From assembly GCA_040954595.2 (NCBI GenBank), contig CM082584.2, positions 1,102,281 through 1,166,280 of the forward strand: 64,000 nt of DNA, given 5' to 3'. The position numbers and the translations under genes were made by a program. Each line of letters opens with the position of its first letter. Position 1 is the first letter of the stretch. The stretch comes from Balanoglossus misakiensis. Taxonomy: Eukaryota; Animalia; Hemichordata. The notes under the pieces were generated by a model. The model did no database searches. It was not told where the DNA came from and was given only the letters and a program-made list of their open reading frames with translations. Shown here in pieces: positions 63,878 to 64,000 of the stretch.

Positions 63878-64000
63878 CTCGAATATCTAACTCCAGGATC
63901 CTGATTGGCCTATGTAATTAATCATTCCTTTCATCAACACTTCCTAACCGTTAACCCGCTGTACCTCCGCATGTCTCCACAAGAGCTAGGAGCTCAGAAT
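63878..64000. repeat. Inverted copy of ~62274-62385, running off the window end
   Basis: CTAACCGTTAACCCGCTGTACCTCCGCATGTCTCCACAAGAGCTAGGAGCTCAGAAT is the exact reverse complement of 62274-62330; similarity decays inward. Confidence 0.92.

Noticed and set aside
1-64000. Whole window as one giant element bounded by the repeats at 1-449 and 61.7-64 kb
   Set aside because: The left copy is truncated by a Helentron-like repeat, no termini or TSD are visible, and the interior holds a partial host gene; independent insertions are the simpler explanation.

Overview
Intron-containing animal genomic DNA, AT-rich and dense in repeats; the repeat types suggest a marine invertebrate, but the taxon cannot be verified here. 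(1) 5608-14702 (+): the 3' 15 exons of an Uninflatable/SVEP1-like type I membrane protein (pentraxin/LamG, HYR, sushi, ephrin-receptor-like Cys repeats, EGF, TM, NPxY tail). One splice acceptor reads AT instead of AG. It is preceded by a nest of Helentron-type non-autonomous elements, and its introns carry several MITEs. (2) 20594-22886: an 86-bp satellite. (3) 22893-53540: a ~30.6-kb imperfect nested palindrome with ~10-kb and ~14-kb arms. Each arm holds further inverted repeats and arm-specific insertions, and the right arm has a near-perfect 3119-bp tandem duplication. The 6.3-kb spacer holds a decayed spliced gene for a secreted pentraxin-type protein. (4) 54910-59670: a young, structurally complete Ty3/Gypsy (Mag-like) LTR retrotransposon. 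(5) 59671-64000: a decayed, spliced minus-strand unit encoding an RPA70-like OB-fold and a C2H2/TatD-like protein. Its promoter region is mirrored at the window end, and a second rearranged copy lies at 1-449; this is the best candidate for an undescribed mobile element. All coordinates and alignments were done by eye and may be off by a few bases.
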